Positions 28,082-37,139 of a stretch of 64,000 nt of DNA are shown here, one piece after another. The stretch covers positions 241,662 to 305,661 of the forward strand of contig CP060230.1 of assembly GCA_023898605.1 (NCBI GenBank), written 5' to 3'. Position 1 is the stretch's first letter. Each line of letters starts with the position of its first letter. The DNA is from Candidatus Nomurabacteria bacterium. Lineage in GTDB: Bacteria; Patescibacteriota; Minisyncoccia; Phycocordibacterales; UBA9973. The translations under genes were made by a program, and so were the position numbers. Below the pieces are notes generated by a model that was not told the DNA's origin, ran no database searches, and worked only from the letters and a program-made list of their open reading frames with translations.

Positions 28082-28705
28082 CTAAGACTTCTTTATAACT
28101 ATAATATCTCCCTTGCTTGCGTAGACATCCTTTTTCTTGATAGTTAGTTTGTCTACTGTCTCTTTTGGAGCTCCGATTTTTTTGACGAACTTTTCCAAAT
28201 CTTCTGGAGAATAATCTACCGGTACAACAATCGGTGGTTCTACTTGAAAATATATTTTTTCTGCTTCGTCTACACCATAACCATCTCCTCCAGAAAGTGG
28301 CAAGAATAATATATCGACTCCACCTAGAACTTCTCTAACTTTTGAAGTAAAAGATTCTTTGTCTATTGGTCCTAAAACTCCTAGATTTATATCTTCTACA
28401 ACAAATCTAAAGCAAGTATTCTTGTATCTTTTCTTGTCTATGTTAGTTATCGTGTGGGCTCCAACTATTTCTGTGCCGCCTATCTCGTATTCTCCAGCCG
28501 ATCTTATAACAAAAGGTTCTTTGTCCCCGTATACAGCTTCTTCTATACCATTGTAGTCTGGGTGTGGAGTTGTGCTTATAACTATATCTGAACCAAATTT
28601 TGAGCCAGAATTCTTGTCTCCTTTCTTGGAAACAGGGTCAACACAAATGACCAAATCACCATACTGAACCTTGAGGTTTTGCTTCCCAAAATAGCTTATT
28701 ATCAT
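28082..28705 (-). CDS. MBL-fold metal-dependent hydrolase (UPF0173-like)
   Basis: Length and pattern (DLVICVDP...HPDY...) resemble the small beta-lactamase-fold hydrolases. Confidence 0.45.
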   Translation of the reverse strand: MIISYFGKQNLKVQYGDLVICVDPVSKKGDKNSGSKFGSDIVISTTPHPDYNGIEEAVYGDKEPFVIRSAGEYEIGGTEIVGAHTITNIDKKRYKNTCFRFVVEDINLGVLGPIDKESFTSKVREVLGGVDILFLPLSGGDGYGVDEAEKIYFQVEPPIVVPVDYSPEDLEKFVKKIGAPKETVDKLTIKKKDVYASKGDIIVIKKS

Positions 28706-28891
28706 AAGGATAATATTACCATTTTTGGCCCAAAATACCTACTTGCAAGGCCACACATCTTGTGGTAATGTTGGGACATTATTAGTGTGTTACAAAAGCC
28801 ATACGGATAACCGTTTCTGAGCGACCAAAAACAAAAAATTAGCTCAAAACACCCGTAAGGAAGTAGCCGCAATAGCGGTATTTTTAATTTC

Positions 28892-29965
28892 ATGACAACA
28901 ATCGCAGAAGAAAAGACAATTTTTGTAGAAAAAGAAGCTCCATTTCCAGATGTAGATATGCTTGTTGAAGGACCAGTTATAGCTATAGAGAAAAATGCTC
29001 TTTATATAGATCTTGCTCCATTTGGAACAGGAGTTATATATGGTAGAGAGTTCAACAACGCAAAAGAGCTTATCAAGAAAGCAAACATTGGCGACAGTAT
29101 AAAAGTAAAAGTTATAGAGAAAGAAAACGAAGATGGTTACATCGAAGTTTCTCTAAAGGAAGCGAAACAAGCTCTAGTATGGAGCGAGGCAGAAAAAGCC
29201 ATAAAGAACAAAACAAAGTTCGATCTAGCTGTTACCGAAGCAAACAAAGGTGGACTTATAATCGACTGGCAAGGTATGCAAGGTTTCCTACCTGCTTCAC
29301 AACTTACTCCAGAAAATTATCCTAGAGTAGAAGATTCAGACAAAGACAAGATCTTCAAAGAATTGAAGAAGCTTGTGGGTCAGAAACTTTCTGTAAGCAT
29401 CATCTCTATCTCTCCAAAAGAAGGAAAACTTATATTCTCTGAAAAAGAAGATGGTGATGAAAAAAGAGAAGGTATGGTTTCAAAATACTCTGTTGGAGAC
29501 GAAGTAGAAACTACAGTTGCTGGAATCGTAGATTTCGGAGTATTCCTAAAACTAGAAGATAACCTAGAAGGTCTAGTACACATTTCTGAGATCGACTGGG
29601 GTCTAGTAGAAGATCCTCACCAGCTTTACAAGATTGGTGATAGCGTAAAAGCAAAAATAATCGAAATCAAAGATGGCAAAGTTTCTCTTTCTATCAAACA
29701 ACTAAAAGAAAACCCTTGGAAAGAATTTGAAGATAAGATCAAGAAAGGAGACATAATAAAGGGAGTTGTTATCAAGTTCAACAAACACGGTGCTCTTGTT
29801 TCTATAAAACCTGGAGTTGCAGGACTAGTCCACAACTCTATGTTTGGTAGCGAAGAAGCGCTAAGAGAAAAATTGGAACTTGGAAAAACATATCCATTCC
29901 AAATAACTCTGTTCGAACCAAAAGAACAAAAGATGACTCTTGCTTTCGTAGAAGACGCAAAGTAA
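28892..29965 (+). CDS. rpsA: 30S ribosomal protein S1 (four S1 domains)
   Basis: Repeated S1-domain pattern (G..V.G.V......G.FV). A hairpin plus U-tract sits immediately upstream of the start. Confidence 0.8.
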   Translation: MTTIAEEKTIFVEKEAPFPDVDMLVEGPVIAIEKNALYIDLAPFGTGVIYGREFNNAKELIKKANIGDSIKVKVIEKENEDGYIEVSLKEAKQALVWSEAEKAIKNKTKFDLAVTEANKGGLIIDWQGMQGFLPASQLTPENYPRVEDSDKDKIFKELKKLVGQKLSVSIISISPKEGKLIFSEKEDGDEKREGMVSKYSVGDEVETTVAGIVDFGVFLKLEDNLEGLVHISEIDWGLVEDPHQLYKIGDSVKAKIIEIKDGKVSLSIKQLKENPWKEFEDKIKKGDIIKGVVIKFNKHGALVSIKPGVAGLVHNSMFGSEEALREKLELGKTYPFQITLFEPKEQKMTLAFVEDAK

Positions 29966-29975
29966 TCACAAAAAT

Positions 29976-30010
29976 AAAAACCAGAGATTCAAATCTCTGG
30001 TTTTTATTTT
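29976..30010. terminator. Bidirectional terminator (aaaaaccagagattcaaatctctggtttttatttt)
   Basis: Perfect 9-bp stem between rpsA (+) and pth (-). Confidence 0.65.
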
Positions 30011-30597
30011 GCTGAGTTTAGTTCTGTAGTGGCGATCTCGGGACCTCGCTTTATAAACGTTTCTATTCCAGAAGAAATACGGTCAGTTATTTCTCCAGTT
30101 ACCTTCTTTCTACCGCCTAGAGAAAAATCTCCCAAAACGTGTCTCACTACTCTTTCTTTTCCAACAGGTTTTCTCATTTTGCCAAAGATATTTTTTGGAG
30201 AAATCCCAACTCTTATACGATAAAACTTCTGAGTTTTTATTTCGTCTTCGATAGACTTTATACCGTTGTGTCCACCACTACCTCGATCGAAAGAAAACTT
30301 AATCTCTCCAAAAGGTATGTCTAGATCGTCGTACACAACAATAAGCTTGTCGTTTTGTGGATCAAAATTTTTCGACAATGCTCTTCCAGAAGTATTCATA
30401 AACTCGTCATATATCAAAAAAGTTACATCACTGCCAGAAAAACTACCGCGGGATTCTTCGGCTTTTGTGTATTTGTTTTTTTTCCAAGAAGGAAAGTTCC
30501 ATTTTTGTCTGAGTGACTCTACAATCATGCGTCCAACATTGTGACGATTGTTTTTGTATTTCTCTCCGGTGTTACCAAGTCCAAAAATAAATATCAT
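30004..30597 (-). CDS. pth: peptidyl-tRNA hydrolase
   Basis: N-terminal GLGNTGEKYKNNRHNVG Pth signature. Confidence 0.85.
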   Translation of the reverse strand: MIFIFGLGNTGEKYKNNRHNVGRMIVESLRQKWNFPSWKKNKYTKAEESRGSFSGSDVTFLIYDEFMNTSGRALSKNFDPQNDKLIVVYDDLDIPFGEIKFSFDRGSGGHNGIKSIEDEIKTQKFYRIRVGISPKNIFGKMRKPVGKERVVRHVLGDFSLGGRKKVTGEITDRISSGIETFIKRGPEIATTELNSAK

Positions 30598-30677
30598 ACA
30601 AACAATTATATCAAAAGAGAAAATATATTCCAGATTGTGTCAATGGTCCGTGCGTGTTATTATATTACTTATAAATT

Positions 30678-31280
30678 ATGGATGAATACCAAAGAGAAGA
30701 TTTAACACCTAAAAAAAGAAAGAATCCTATTGCTTCTTTCTTTGAACTTTTTAGATATACACTTATTGCACTCGCAATAGTTTTCGTTGTGAGAACATAC
30801 ATCGCTCAACCGTTTATAGTAGATGGATCTTCTATGTACCCTACCTTCGAAGACAAGCAGTACCTTATCGTAGACGAGATAAGTTATAGATTTGAAGATC
30901 CACAAAGGGGTGATGTCATAATCTTCCGCTACCCAAAGAACCCTTCTGCTTTCTACATAAAAAGAGTTATAGGTCTTCCAGGAGAAACTGTAACAATTAT
31001 AAGTGGAAAAGTTATGATAAAGAATTCTGAATATCCAGATGGATTCTATATCGAAGAACCATACATAAACGAAATGGATCTAAACGACAACCTAACTCGT
31101 ATCTTGGAAGAAGATGAATATTTTGTTATGGGAGACAATAGAAACTTTAGTAGCGATTCAAGACATTGGGGCAATGTACCAAGAGAAAACATAGTTGGAA
31201 CACCATTATTTAGATTGTTCCCTGTCGACAGCATTTCGATAAAACCAGGAGATTATGAAGTATTAACATTAGAAAACTAA
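30678..31280 (+). CDS. lepB: signal peptidase I
   Basis: GSSMYPTF catalytic-Ser box and GDNRNFSSDSRHWG box E. Confidence 0.85.
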   Translation: MDEYQREDLTPKKRKNPIASFFELFRYTLIALAIVFVVRTYIAQPFIVDGSSMYPTFEDKQYLIVDEISYRFEDPQRGDVIIFRYPKNPSAFYIKRVIGLPGETVTIISGKVMIKNSEYPDGFYIEEPYINEMDLNDNLTRILEEDEYFVMGDNRNFSSDSRHWGNVPRENIVGTPLFRLFPVDSISIKPGDYEVLTLEN

Positions 31281-31281
31281 T

Positions 31282-32583
31282 ATGAGTCCAAAACAAAAAA
31301 CAGTCAAAGAAGCAAAATCACCAAAAGGAATGAGAGATTTGATCGGTGATGAATATTATAAGTTCCAAGGATTTTTTGAGAAAGCACAAGAAGTTGCAAT
31401 ATACTACGGCTTTTCTCCTATCGAAACTCCGATACTAGAAAACGAAGAAATATTTACAACAACAATAGGAGAAGGAACAGATATCATCGACAAAGAAATG
31501 TACACACTAAAAACAAAAGGTGGAACAAAGCTTGCGATGAGACCAGAAAAAACCGCTGGTGTCGTGCGTTCATATATAGAGAACGGCATGGGTGCAAAAC
31601 CGCAACCAGTTATGGTGTACCAATACGGGCCAAGCTTCAGACACGACAACCCACAAGCAGGAAGATGGAGACAGTTTTACCAATTTGATCTAGATGCAAT
31701 AGGAAGTGACAAAAGTATAATAGACGCTCTTATAATAAAAACTGTTTATACAATAATCAAAGAAGCTGGTGGAGAAGATATAAACATAGACATAAACTCA
31801 ATCGGTGACAAAGAATGTAGAAACCAATACGTAAAAGAGTTGACCTCTTATTATAGAAAGCATGTAAACGCTCTTCCTGCAGTAGACAGAGAAAGACTAA
31901 AGACAAATCCGCTCAGAATACTAGACTCAAAAGATCCAAAAACTATGGAGATAAACCAAAACGCTCCAGACGCAGTTTCTCACCTATGTAGCGCTTGTAA
32001 AAAACACTTCAAAGAAGTTCTAGAATATCTAGAAGAACTTGGTATTCCTTATAGAATAAACAAAAACCTAGTTAGAGGTTTGTCATACTACACAAGAACA
32101 GTTTTCGAAGTAACAGTTTCAGAAGAAAACGAACAAGGTGAAGTAACAGAGATCTCTATTGCTGGTGGTGGAAGATATGATTACCTTGCAAAAAATCTAG
32201 GTTCAAAAAAAGATGTTCCTGCTGTCGGTGCAGCAATAGGAGTAGATAGAGTTATAGCTCAACCTTGGTCCAAAGATCTTTCTCCTAGAAATGTTAAAAA
32301 ACCAAAAGTTTCATTTATCCAAATCGGAAACGATGCAAAACTAAAAGCACTAGTTGTGATAGAAATGCTAAGACAAGCAAAAGTTCCTGTTTATCAATCT
32401 ATCTCCAAAGATAGCTTGTCTACACAACTTGGTATAACAGAAAAAATGGGCATACCGTATGCTCTTATCCTCGGACAAAAAGAGGCGTTAGATGGAACAG
32501 TTATCGTAAGAAACATGGAAAACAGATCACAAGAAATAGTAAAACTAGATGATCTACCTTCACACATAAAAGCTCTAAAATAA
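31282..32583 (+). CDS. hisS: histidine--tRNA ligase
   Basis: Class II motifs (MRPEKTAGVVRSY...YQYGPSFRHDNPQAGRWRQFYQFDLDAIG) and C-terminal anticodon-binding domain. Confidence 0.85.
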   Translation: MSPKQKTVKEAKSPKGMRDLIGDEYYKFQGFFEKAQEVAIYYGFSPIETPILENEEIFTTTIGEGTDIIDKEMYTLKTKGGTKLAMRPEKTAGVVRSYIENGMGAKPQPVMVYQYGPSFRHDNPQAGRWRQFYQFDLDAIGSDKSIIDALIIKTVYTIIKEAGGEDINIDINSIGDKECRNQYVKELTSYYRKHVNALPAVDRERLKTNPLRILDSKDPKTMEINQNAPDAVSHLCSACKKHFKEVLEYLEELGIPYRINKNLVRGLSYYTRTVFEVTVSEENEQGEVTEISIAGGGRYDYLAKNLGSKKDVPAVGAAIGVDRVIAQPWSKDLSPRNVKKPKVSFIQIGNDAKLKALVVIEMLRQAKVPVYQSISKDSLSTQLGITEKMGIPYALILGQKEALDGTVIVRNMENRSQEIVKLDDLPSHIKALK

Positions 32584-32590
32584 TACTCTT

Positions 32591-33109
32591 ATGACAAAGA
32601 TAGTCCAAGAGCCACATAAAGTACTGAGAGAAAAAGCAGAAGAGGTCAAAAAAGATGAGTTCGGGAAAAAACCGCTTTTGAATCTTGTAGCAAAGATGAA
32701 AGACTCTCTGGCAGAAGAGTTTGATGGCGTCGGACTAGCAGCACCACAGATAGGCGTTTCAAAAAGGATTTTTATTGTTCCTGGATTTGCAGTCAAAGAA
32801 GACTCTGATCTAGTTTGTATCAACCCAAAAATAACAAAAAAATCCAAAGATAAAAAATGGATGGACGAGGGTTGCCTCTCTGTCAGATGGAAATATGGAA
32901 AAGTAGAAAGATACACCAAGGTAACTCTCGAAGCATATGACGAATACGGAAACAAATTCCAACGTGGTGCGAGTGGACTACTAGCCCATATATTCCAACA
33001 CGAAACAGACCACCTAAACGGAGTGTTGTTTGTAGACAAAGCAAAGGACGTAGAAGAAATGGATGAAAAACAAATAGAAGAATACAAAAAACTTCATGGA
33101 GTTAACTAA
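32591..33109 (+). CDS. def: peptide deformylase
   Basis: GVGLAAPQIG, EGCLSV and HETDHLNG motifs. Confidence 0.9.
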   Translation: MTKIVQEPHKVLREKAEEVKKDEFGKKPLLNLVAKMKDSLAEEFDGVGLAAPQIGVSKRIFIVPGFAVKEDSDLVCINPKITKKSKDKKWMDEGCLSVRWKYGKVERYTKVTLEAYDEYGNKFQRGASGLLAHIFQHETDHLNGVLFVDKAKDVEEMDEKQIEEYKKLHGVN

Positions 33110-33947
33110 AAAAATAATTTTCTGGGGTACACCAGAAATAGCAAAAAACACACTACAAAAACTAGTCGAGGAAGGATTCGACGTAGCACTTGTTATAACA
33201 GGATTAGACAAACCAGTTGGTAGAAAACAAATCATGACAGAATCTCCAGTCAAAACATATGCCCTATCCAAAAACATAAAAGTCTTGCAACCCGAAAAAA
33301 TAAATGACGCATTTCTGGAAGAGGTCCGTTCTATAGGAGAGTTTGACCTATCTATTGTCGTAGCTTACGGAAAAATAATCCCGCAATCTGCGATAGATCT
33401 ACCAAAACTCGGGACTATCAATGTTCACTATTCCCTGCTTCCACGCTGGAGAGGCGCCTCACCCGTCGAGGCTAGTATATTGGGAGGAGACGAAACGACT
33501 GGCGTCACAATACAAAAGATGGCTCTCAAGATGGACACCGGTGACATCATAAAAAAAGAAGAAGTAACTATAGGACAAAAAGAAAACAAAGTAGATCTAA
33601 AGAAAAGACTCGAAGAAATCGGTGCAGAAAAACTTGTCGAAATACTTCCTGACATATTTTCAGAAAAAATAACTCTAGAAAAACAAGATGAGGAACTCGC
33701 AACATATTGCAAAAAGATAAACAAAGAAGACGGAGATATAACACAAGAAACTAACGACGAAATAAAGTGGCGAAAATACAGAGCATTTATAGACTGGCCT
33801 AGAACATATTTCTTTGCCGAAAAAGGTGAAAGAAAAATCCGCGTTATTGTTACAAACGCGGACTTTGTAGACGGGAAATTTGTTATCAAAAATGTTTTAC
33901 CCGAAGGCAAGAAAGAAACTACTTGGGAAAACTTTTCTAAAAACTAG
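33096..33947 (+). CDS. fmt: methionyl-tRNA formyltransferase
   Basis: Overlaps the def stop codon (def-fmt operon). Formyltransferase motif INVHYSLLPRWRGASP. Confidence 0.85.
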   Translation: MELTKKIIFWGTPEIAKNTLQKLVEEGFDVALVITGLDKPVGRKQIMTESPVKTYALSKNIKVLQPEKINDAFLEEVRSIGEFDLSIVVAYGKIIPQSAIDLPKLGTINVHYSLLPRWRGASPVEASILGGDETTGVTIQKMALKMDTGDIIKKEEVTIGQKENKVDLKKRLEEIGAEKLVEILPDIFSEKITLEKQDEELATYCKKINKEDGDITQETNDEIKWRKYRAFIDWPRTYFFAEKGERKIRVIVTNADFVDGKFVIKNVLPEGKKETTWENFSKN

Positions 33948-34330
33948 TCTTCGTATTTGCTTGTCATCGGATTTCTCCTTGTAAGACCTTTCATCATTTT
34001 CTTTACACTTCTTGCTCCTCTTCGGAAAAGATTCTTGTCTCTTTCTTTTGATCTTTTTATTTCTCTTGTTAGGCTTGCTTCAGCTTCATCGATTGCAGAA
34101 TAAAGGTCTGGCTTTTCTGAAAAAGCGTAGAAACTTTTTCCAAAAACAAATGTTCTAAACTCTGCTCTAAAAACATCACCATCTTTGTGGTTATTCTTGG
34201 CAAGTTCTACAGCGACATCGATACTTTCTCCAGCGCTATATTTCTCTAGGCTGGATAGTTTTTTGTTTGTGTGATCTACAAGGTGTTCGACTAGTTCTAG
34301 ATTTGTAGCTTTGATGTTTGTATTTACCAT
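33944..34330 (-). CDS. hpf: ribosome hibernation promoting factor (RaiA/HPF family)
   Basis: Pattern MVNTNIKATNLELVEHLVDHTNKKLSSLEKY typical of HPF. Confidence 0.7.
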   Translation of the reverse strand: MVNTNIKATNLELVEHLVDHTNKKLSSLEKYSAGESIDVAVELAKNNHKDGDVFRAEFRTFVFGKSFYAFSEKPDLYSAIDEAEASLTREIKRSKERDKNLFRRGARSVKKMMKGLTRRNPMTSKYED

Positions 34331-34364
34331 AGAGAAAATATTTAGTTAGTTTTATATGACTCTA

Positions 34365-34601
34365 TTATAGCACACCTTGAATACCGTGAATTAACAGGGT
34401 TTTGCTCGTATCTTTGTGCCCTTTTACAATAATCACGTTCTTCTCCTCTACTCCATAATACTCCGAGAGTAGCTCTACAAGCCTCCTGTTGGCCCTGCCG
34501 CCCTCTCTTTTCTCCTTTATGGACACAACTAGCCTGCCGGTCTTTGTGACCTCTATAGACTCATTTTTGGAGCTAGAAATAACCTTTACTTTGACTTCCA
34601 T
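34365..34601 (-). CDS. DUF167 (YggU-like) family protein
   Basis: Pattern VKVISSSKNESIEV...GRANRRLVELLSEYYGV. Confidence 0.55.
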   Translation of the reverse strand: MEVKVKVISSSKNESIEVTKTGRLVVSIKEKREGGRANRRLVELLSEYYGVEEKNVIIVKGHKDTSKTLLIHGIQGVL

Positions 34602-34808
34602 AGAGATATTTTAGCATATTGCAAAATCTCATTTTTTTGGTACTATCTCTATACATCTATGAGAAAACACTTACCGATTGAAAGTGCATAGATTCATATT
34701 CCGCGGTACCCGCCAGAATGACTTCATGTCGGGCTGGGCTCAGCTTGCTGAGCGTACCGCGAGATAAAACATATTCCGCGGTAGCTCAGCGGTAGAGCAA
34801 CCGGCTGT

Positions 34809-35426
34809 GAAATACACTTACAAATCTTATATAATCAAAACATGGTTAAAAAAGATTTGAGGAAATATTCCGACCGTCGTGAGTACCTTATAAAGAAAGT
34901 GTCAGAAAGAAGAAAGCTTCTTTTAGACAAAACGATAGAATACAAAGGTGGCAAATGTATTGTTTGTAAACACAACAAATGCAAGCGCGCACTAGTTTTT
35001 CATCACTTGAACCCAAAAGAAAAATCTTTTGGTATTTCTTCAAAAGGTATAACGAGATCGTGGTCTAGTTTACAAAAAGAATTAGACAAATGCGTTCTCT
35101 TGTGTGCAAATTGTCACGCAGAAGTACATGACGGTATAACGCAGCTTCCTATCGAAAGATAGGTTGAAAACGAGGTGAATTCGGGGAAGCCCTTCGTGGG
35201 TAATCCCGAGCCAATCCTTCGCCTAAGGCTTCGGATTGCAAAGCAGGCCCTAAATTATTAGGAAGCATGCCTTGCCGTAGCTTTGTCGAAGGCAGGTGTA
35301 GAGACTATCCTTTATGGAGTAGCCCCAATCAAAAAAATATTTTGATCGGGTCGAAGCGCCTCGCACCCTAGTCATATTGACGGGTGATGATATAGTCCAT
35401 CCCTATTAGAAATTTTAGGATAAGTG
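34809..35426 (+). mobile_element. Group I intron (~618 nt) with an HNH homing-endonuclease ORF in its 5' part and the catalytic core in its 3' part
   Basis: 5' exon ends in U and the intron ends in G (omega-G). Conserved P7 elements: R-like gtagAGACTAtcc (35317-35329) and S-like gatgATATAGTCCatcc (35387-35403) forming GACUA/UAGUC. GC-rich paired segments in an AT-rich genome. Confidence 0.8.
34842..35162 (+). CDS. HNH homing endonuclease (intron-encoded)
   Basis: Motif CIVCKHNKCKRALVFHHLNPKEK...LLCANCHAEVHDG (Cys pairs, HH, N, terminal H). Confidence 0.8.
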   Translation: MVKKDLRKYSDRREYLIKKVSERRKLLLDKTIEYKGGKCIVCKHNKCKRALVFHHLNPKEKSFGISSKGITRSWSSLQKELDKCVLLCANCHAEVHDGITQLPIER

Positions 35427-35465
35427 TAACCGGTGGGTCGCAGGTTCGATCCCTGCCCGCGGAGC

Positions 35466-35527
35466 CCTTCCTCCCTTTGGTCGTCAGGGTCTTTGACCAT
35501 GACAAATATACTGAAGGAAGGCACTGA
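35466..35527 (+). repeat. 62-bp direct repeat, copy 1, beginning 2 nt after the tRNA-Asn 3' end
   Basis: ccttcctccctttggtcgtcagggtctttgaccatgacaaatatactgaaggaaggcactga, 61/62 identical to 36878-36939. Internal inverted repeats ccttcc/ggaagg and tggtc/gacca. Confidence 0.85.
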
Positions 35528-35577
35528 TGATACTGAGAGAGAATACATCGAAGTAGAAGAAGTGCTATGATGTAAAT

Positions 35578-35817
35578 ATGTATCATGTTTATATACTTGA
35601 ATGTAAAGATGGTTCTTTTTATGTCGGATCAACAAATAACCTAGAAAAAAGAATAAAAGAACATAATACTTCTAAAAATGGCGCCCACTATACAAAAATA
35701 CGCAGGCCAGTTATCTTAAAATATTCAGAAACATTTGAAACATTAAAAGAGGCTCGTAAAAGAGAGTCGGAAATAAAGGGCTGGAGAAGAGAAAAGAAAA
35801 TAAACTTATTTAAATAA
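35578..35817 (+). CDS. GIY-YIG nuclease domain protein (79 aa)
   Basis: YILECKDGSFYVGSTNNLEKRIKEHN matches GIY-YIG motifs (GIY..YVG, R, E, N). Confidence 0.75.
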   Translation: MYHVYILECKDGSFYVGSTNNLEKRIKEHNTSKNGAHYTKIRRPVILKYSETFETLKEARKRESEIKGWRREKKINLFK

Positions 35818-36020
35818 AAAATTGCTCTTTTTTCGCATGTTTCAGAACTTTCAAAGATTTCTTTTACTCTGCGAGCGACAGAAAGTACTGTAGCTACAGT
35901 GATTTGATACTCATAATCAGCATTTGTATGCTCTGATAATTCAATTTCCAAAAGTTGTATTTTGTCGTGATACTCTTGATGCTTTTTATTATAGATATCC
36001 TTAGTAATACACAAGTTCAT
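35688..36020 (-). CDS. hypothetical small protein; its 3' part is antisense to the GIY-YIG gene, so its extent is doubtful
   Basis: N-terminal ~65 codons (35825-36020) lie in otherwise unassigned sequence. The rest overlaps 35688-35817 on the opposite strand. Confidence 0.25.
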   Translation of the reverse strand: MNLCITKDIYNKKHQEYHDKIQLLEIELSEHTNADYEYQITVATVLSVARRVKEIFESSETCEKRAIFYLNKFIFFSLLQPFISDSLLRASFNVSNVSEYFKITGLRIFV

Positions 36021-36086
36021 CTTCGTGAGAAAAGTCTATCTTATTCATTACTTTAGTTTACATACCTATTATGATATAATCAACGT

Positions 36087-36257
36087 ATGGCTAAGAAAAC
36101 TCCACAATCACAAAAGGTTACTTTTACAGCAAAGAAGGTCGTCAAAGAGCCGACTGTGGTTTCTTTCAATACAAAACAAGGTCGAGTAAGTTTTACTGCT
36201 CGGGTAAATGTTGAGAAGCCAGTGCAAGTCAGCTTCAAGGCAAAGAATAAAAAATGA
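36087..36257 (+). CDS. small repeat-containing protein (56 aa), putative antitoxin-like partner of the PIN protein
   Basis: Manual translation MAKKTPQSQKVTFTAKKVVKEPTVVSFNTKQGRVSFTARVNVEKPVQVSFKAKNKK. Its TGA stop overlaps the ATG of the next gene (ATGA). TATAAT 8 nt upstream. Confidence 0.45.
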   Translation: MAKKTPQSQKVTFTAKKVVKEPTVVSFNTKQGRVSFTARVNVEKPVQVSFKAKNKK

Positions 36258-36808
36258 AACTCTACCTAGATACAAACGTTATTCGAGATTACCTCGAAAA
36301 TAGAAATACAAACTCTATACAGCTATTGGAGCTTGCCAGACATAAGGGGTGGGAGTGTGTTACGTCTGCCTTTACGATGATGGAAGTTGCGGACCTTGAA
36401 CAAGATAGTATCTTCTTTCAAAAAACGGTCATACGTAAAAAATGGGATGCTGATAAGTTCTTGCGAGAACGCAGACAAAAAGAACTTACAGATAGCGATT
36501 ATCAAGACCTTGAAGAATATCTGGACGTAGTACCTGTACGTCTACCTTTTTTGACTTTCTTCAACTTGAGCGAAGACGGTTGGCAAATAGCACAATATAT
36601 TGCTTCGCACTCTGTTTTATCGGCAGTTGATACCATACACCTAGCAACGGCATACTCTGCGAAAAGCGACATTGTAGTTACAAACGATAGTGGCTTCATA
36701 AAGCACGGAAATAAGATACTGGAAAAGAGTAAGCGAGCAGGACAGATAGCAATCTGTTTGCCAGAGAAGGTTGAAGAAACGGCACAAAAACTAGGCATGA
36801 CTACCTAG
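36254..36808 (+). CDS. PIN-domain protein (VapC-like nuclease fold, 184 aa)
   Basis: LYLDTNVI...D..HLA.A..........VTND acidic-residue pattern of PIN domains. Confidence 0.6.
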   Translation: MKLYLDTNVIRDYLENRNTNSIQLLELARHKGWECVTSAFTMMEVADLEQDSIFFQKTVIRKKWDADKFLRERRQKELTDSDYQDLEEYLDVVPVRLPFLTFFNLSEDGWQIAQYIASHSVLSAVDTIHLATAYSAKSDIVVTNDSGFIKHGNKILEKSKRAGQIAICLPEKVEETAQKLGMTT

Positions 36809-36877
36809 GGGTATGCCAACAAACTTGAGGCCCTGTAACATTTTGCCATTCTATAGTTCGGAATGCGTCCAGCGAGT

Positions 36878-36939
36878 CCTTCCTCCCTTTGGTCGTCAGG
36901 ATCTTTGACCATGACAAATATACTGAAGGAAGGCACTGA
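36878..36939 (+). repeat. 62-bp direct repeat, copy 2
   Basis: See copy 1. Together they delimit a ~1.35-kb cassette carrying the GIY-YIG and small-protein/PIN genes. Confidence 0.85.
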
Positions 36940-37139
36940 CATGTCTTTTGTCTCTTTTGCAAAAATTTAAATGGTACCTCGGAGCCCTTAATTTGACTTT
37001 TATACTATTTTATGTTATCATATAGGTATAGTGGTTCTTTAAGGTATTTGGTTATTTATTGCTGGTTTTGTTGAGTTTTCCCTGCTCCTTACGGGATTAG
37101 AGAGAACTCAATAATTTCTAAAAATTAAATAATCTAGAT

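Larger units (their letters stand above)
34775..35464 (+). tRNA. tRNA-Asn(GUU) interrupted in the anticodon loop by a group I intron (exon 1 34775-34808; exon 2 35427-35464)
   Basis: Joined exons give UCCGCGG-UA-GCUCAGCGGUAGAGC-A-ACCGG-cuGUUaa-CCGGU-GGGUC-GCAGGTTCGATCCCTGC-CCGCGGA-G. Perfect 7-bp acceptor, G73 discriminator, and a strong resemblance to bacterial tRNA-Asn. Thr(UGU) is the alternative splice-site assignment. Confidence 0.75.

Noticed and set aside
35368-35635. Two overlapping minus-strand ORFs (72 and 87 aa)
   Set aside because: Antisense to the group I intron catalytic core and the tRNA-Asn 3' exon.
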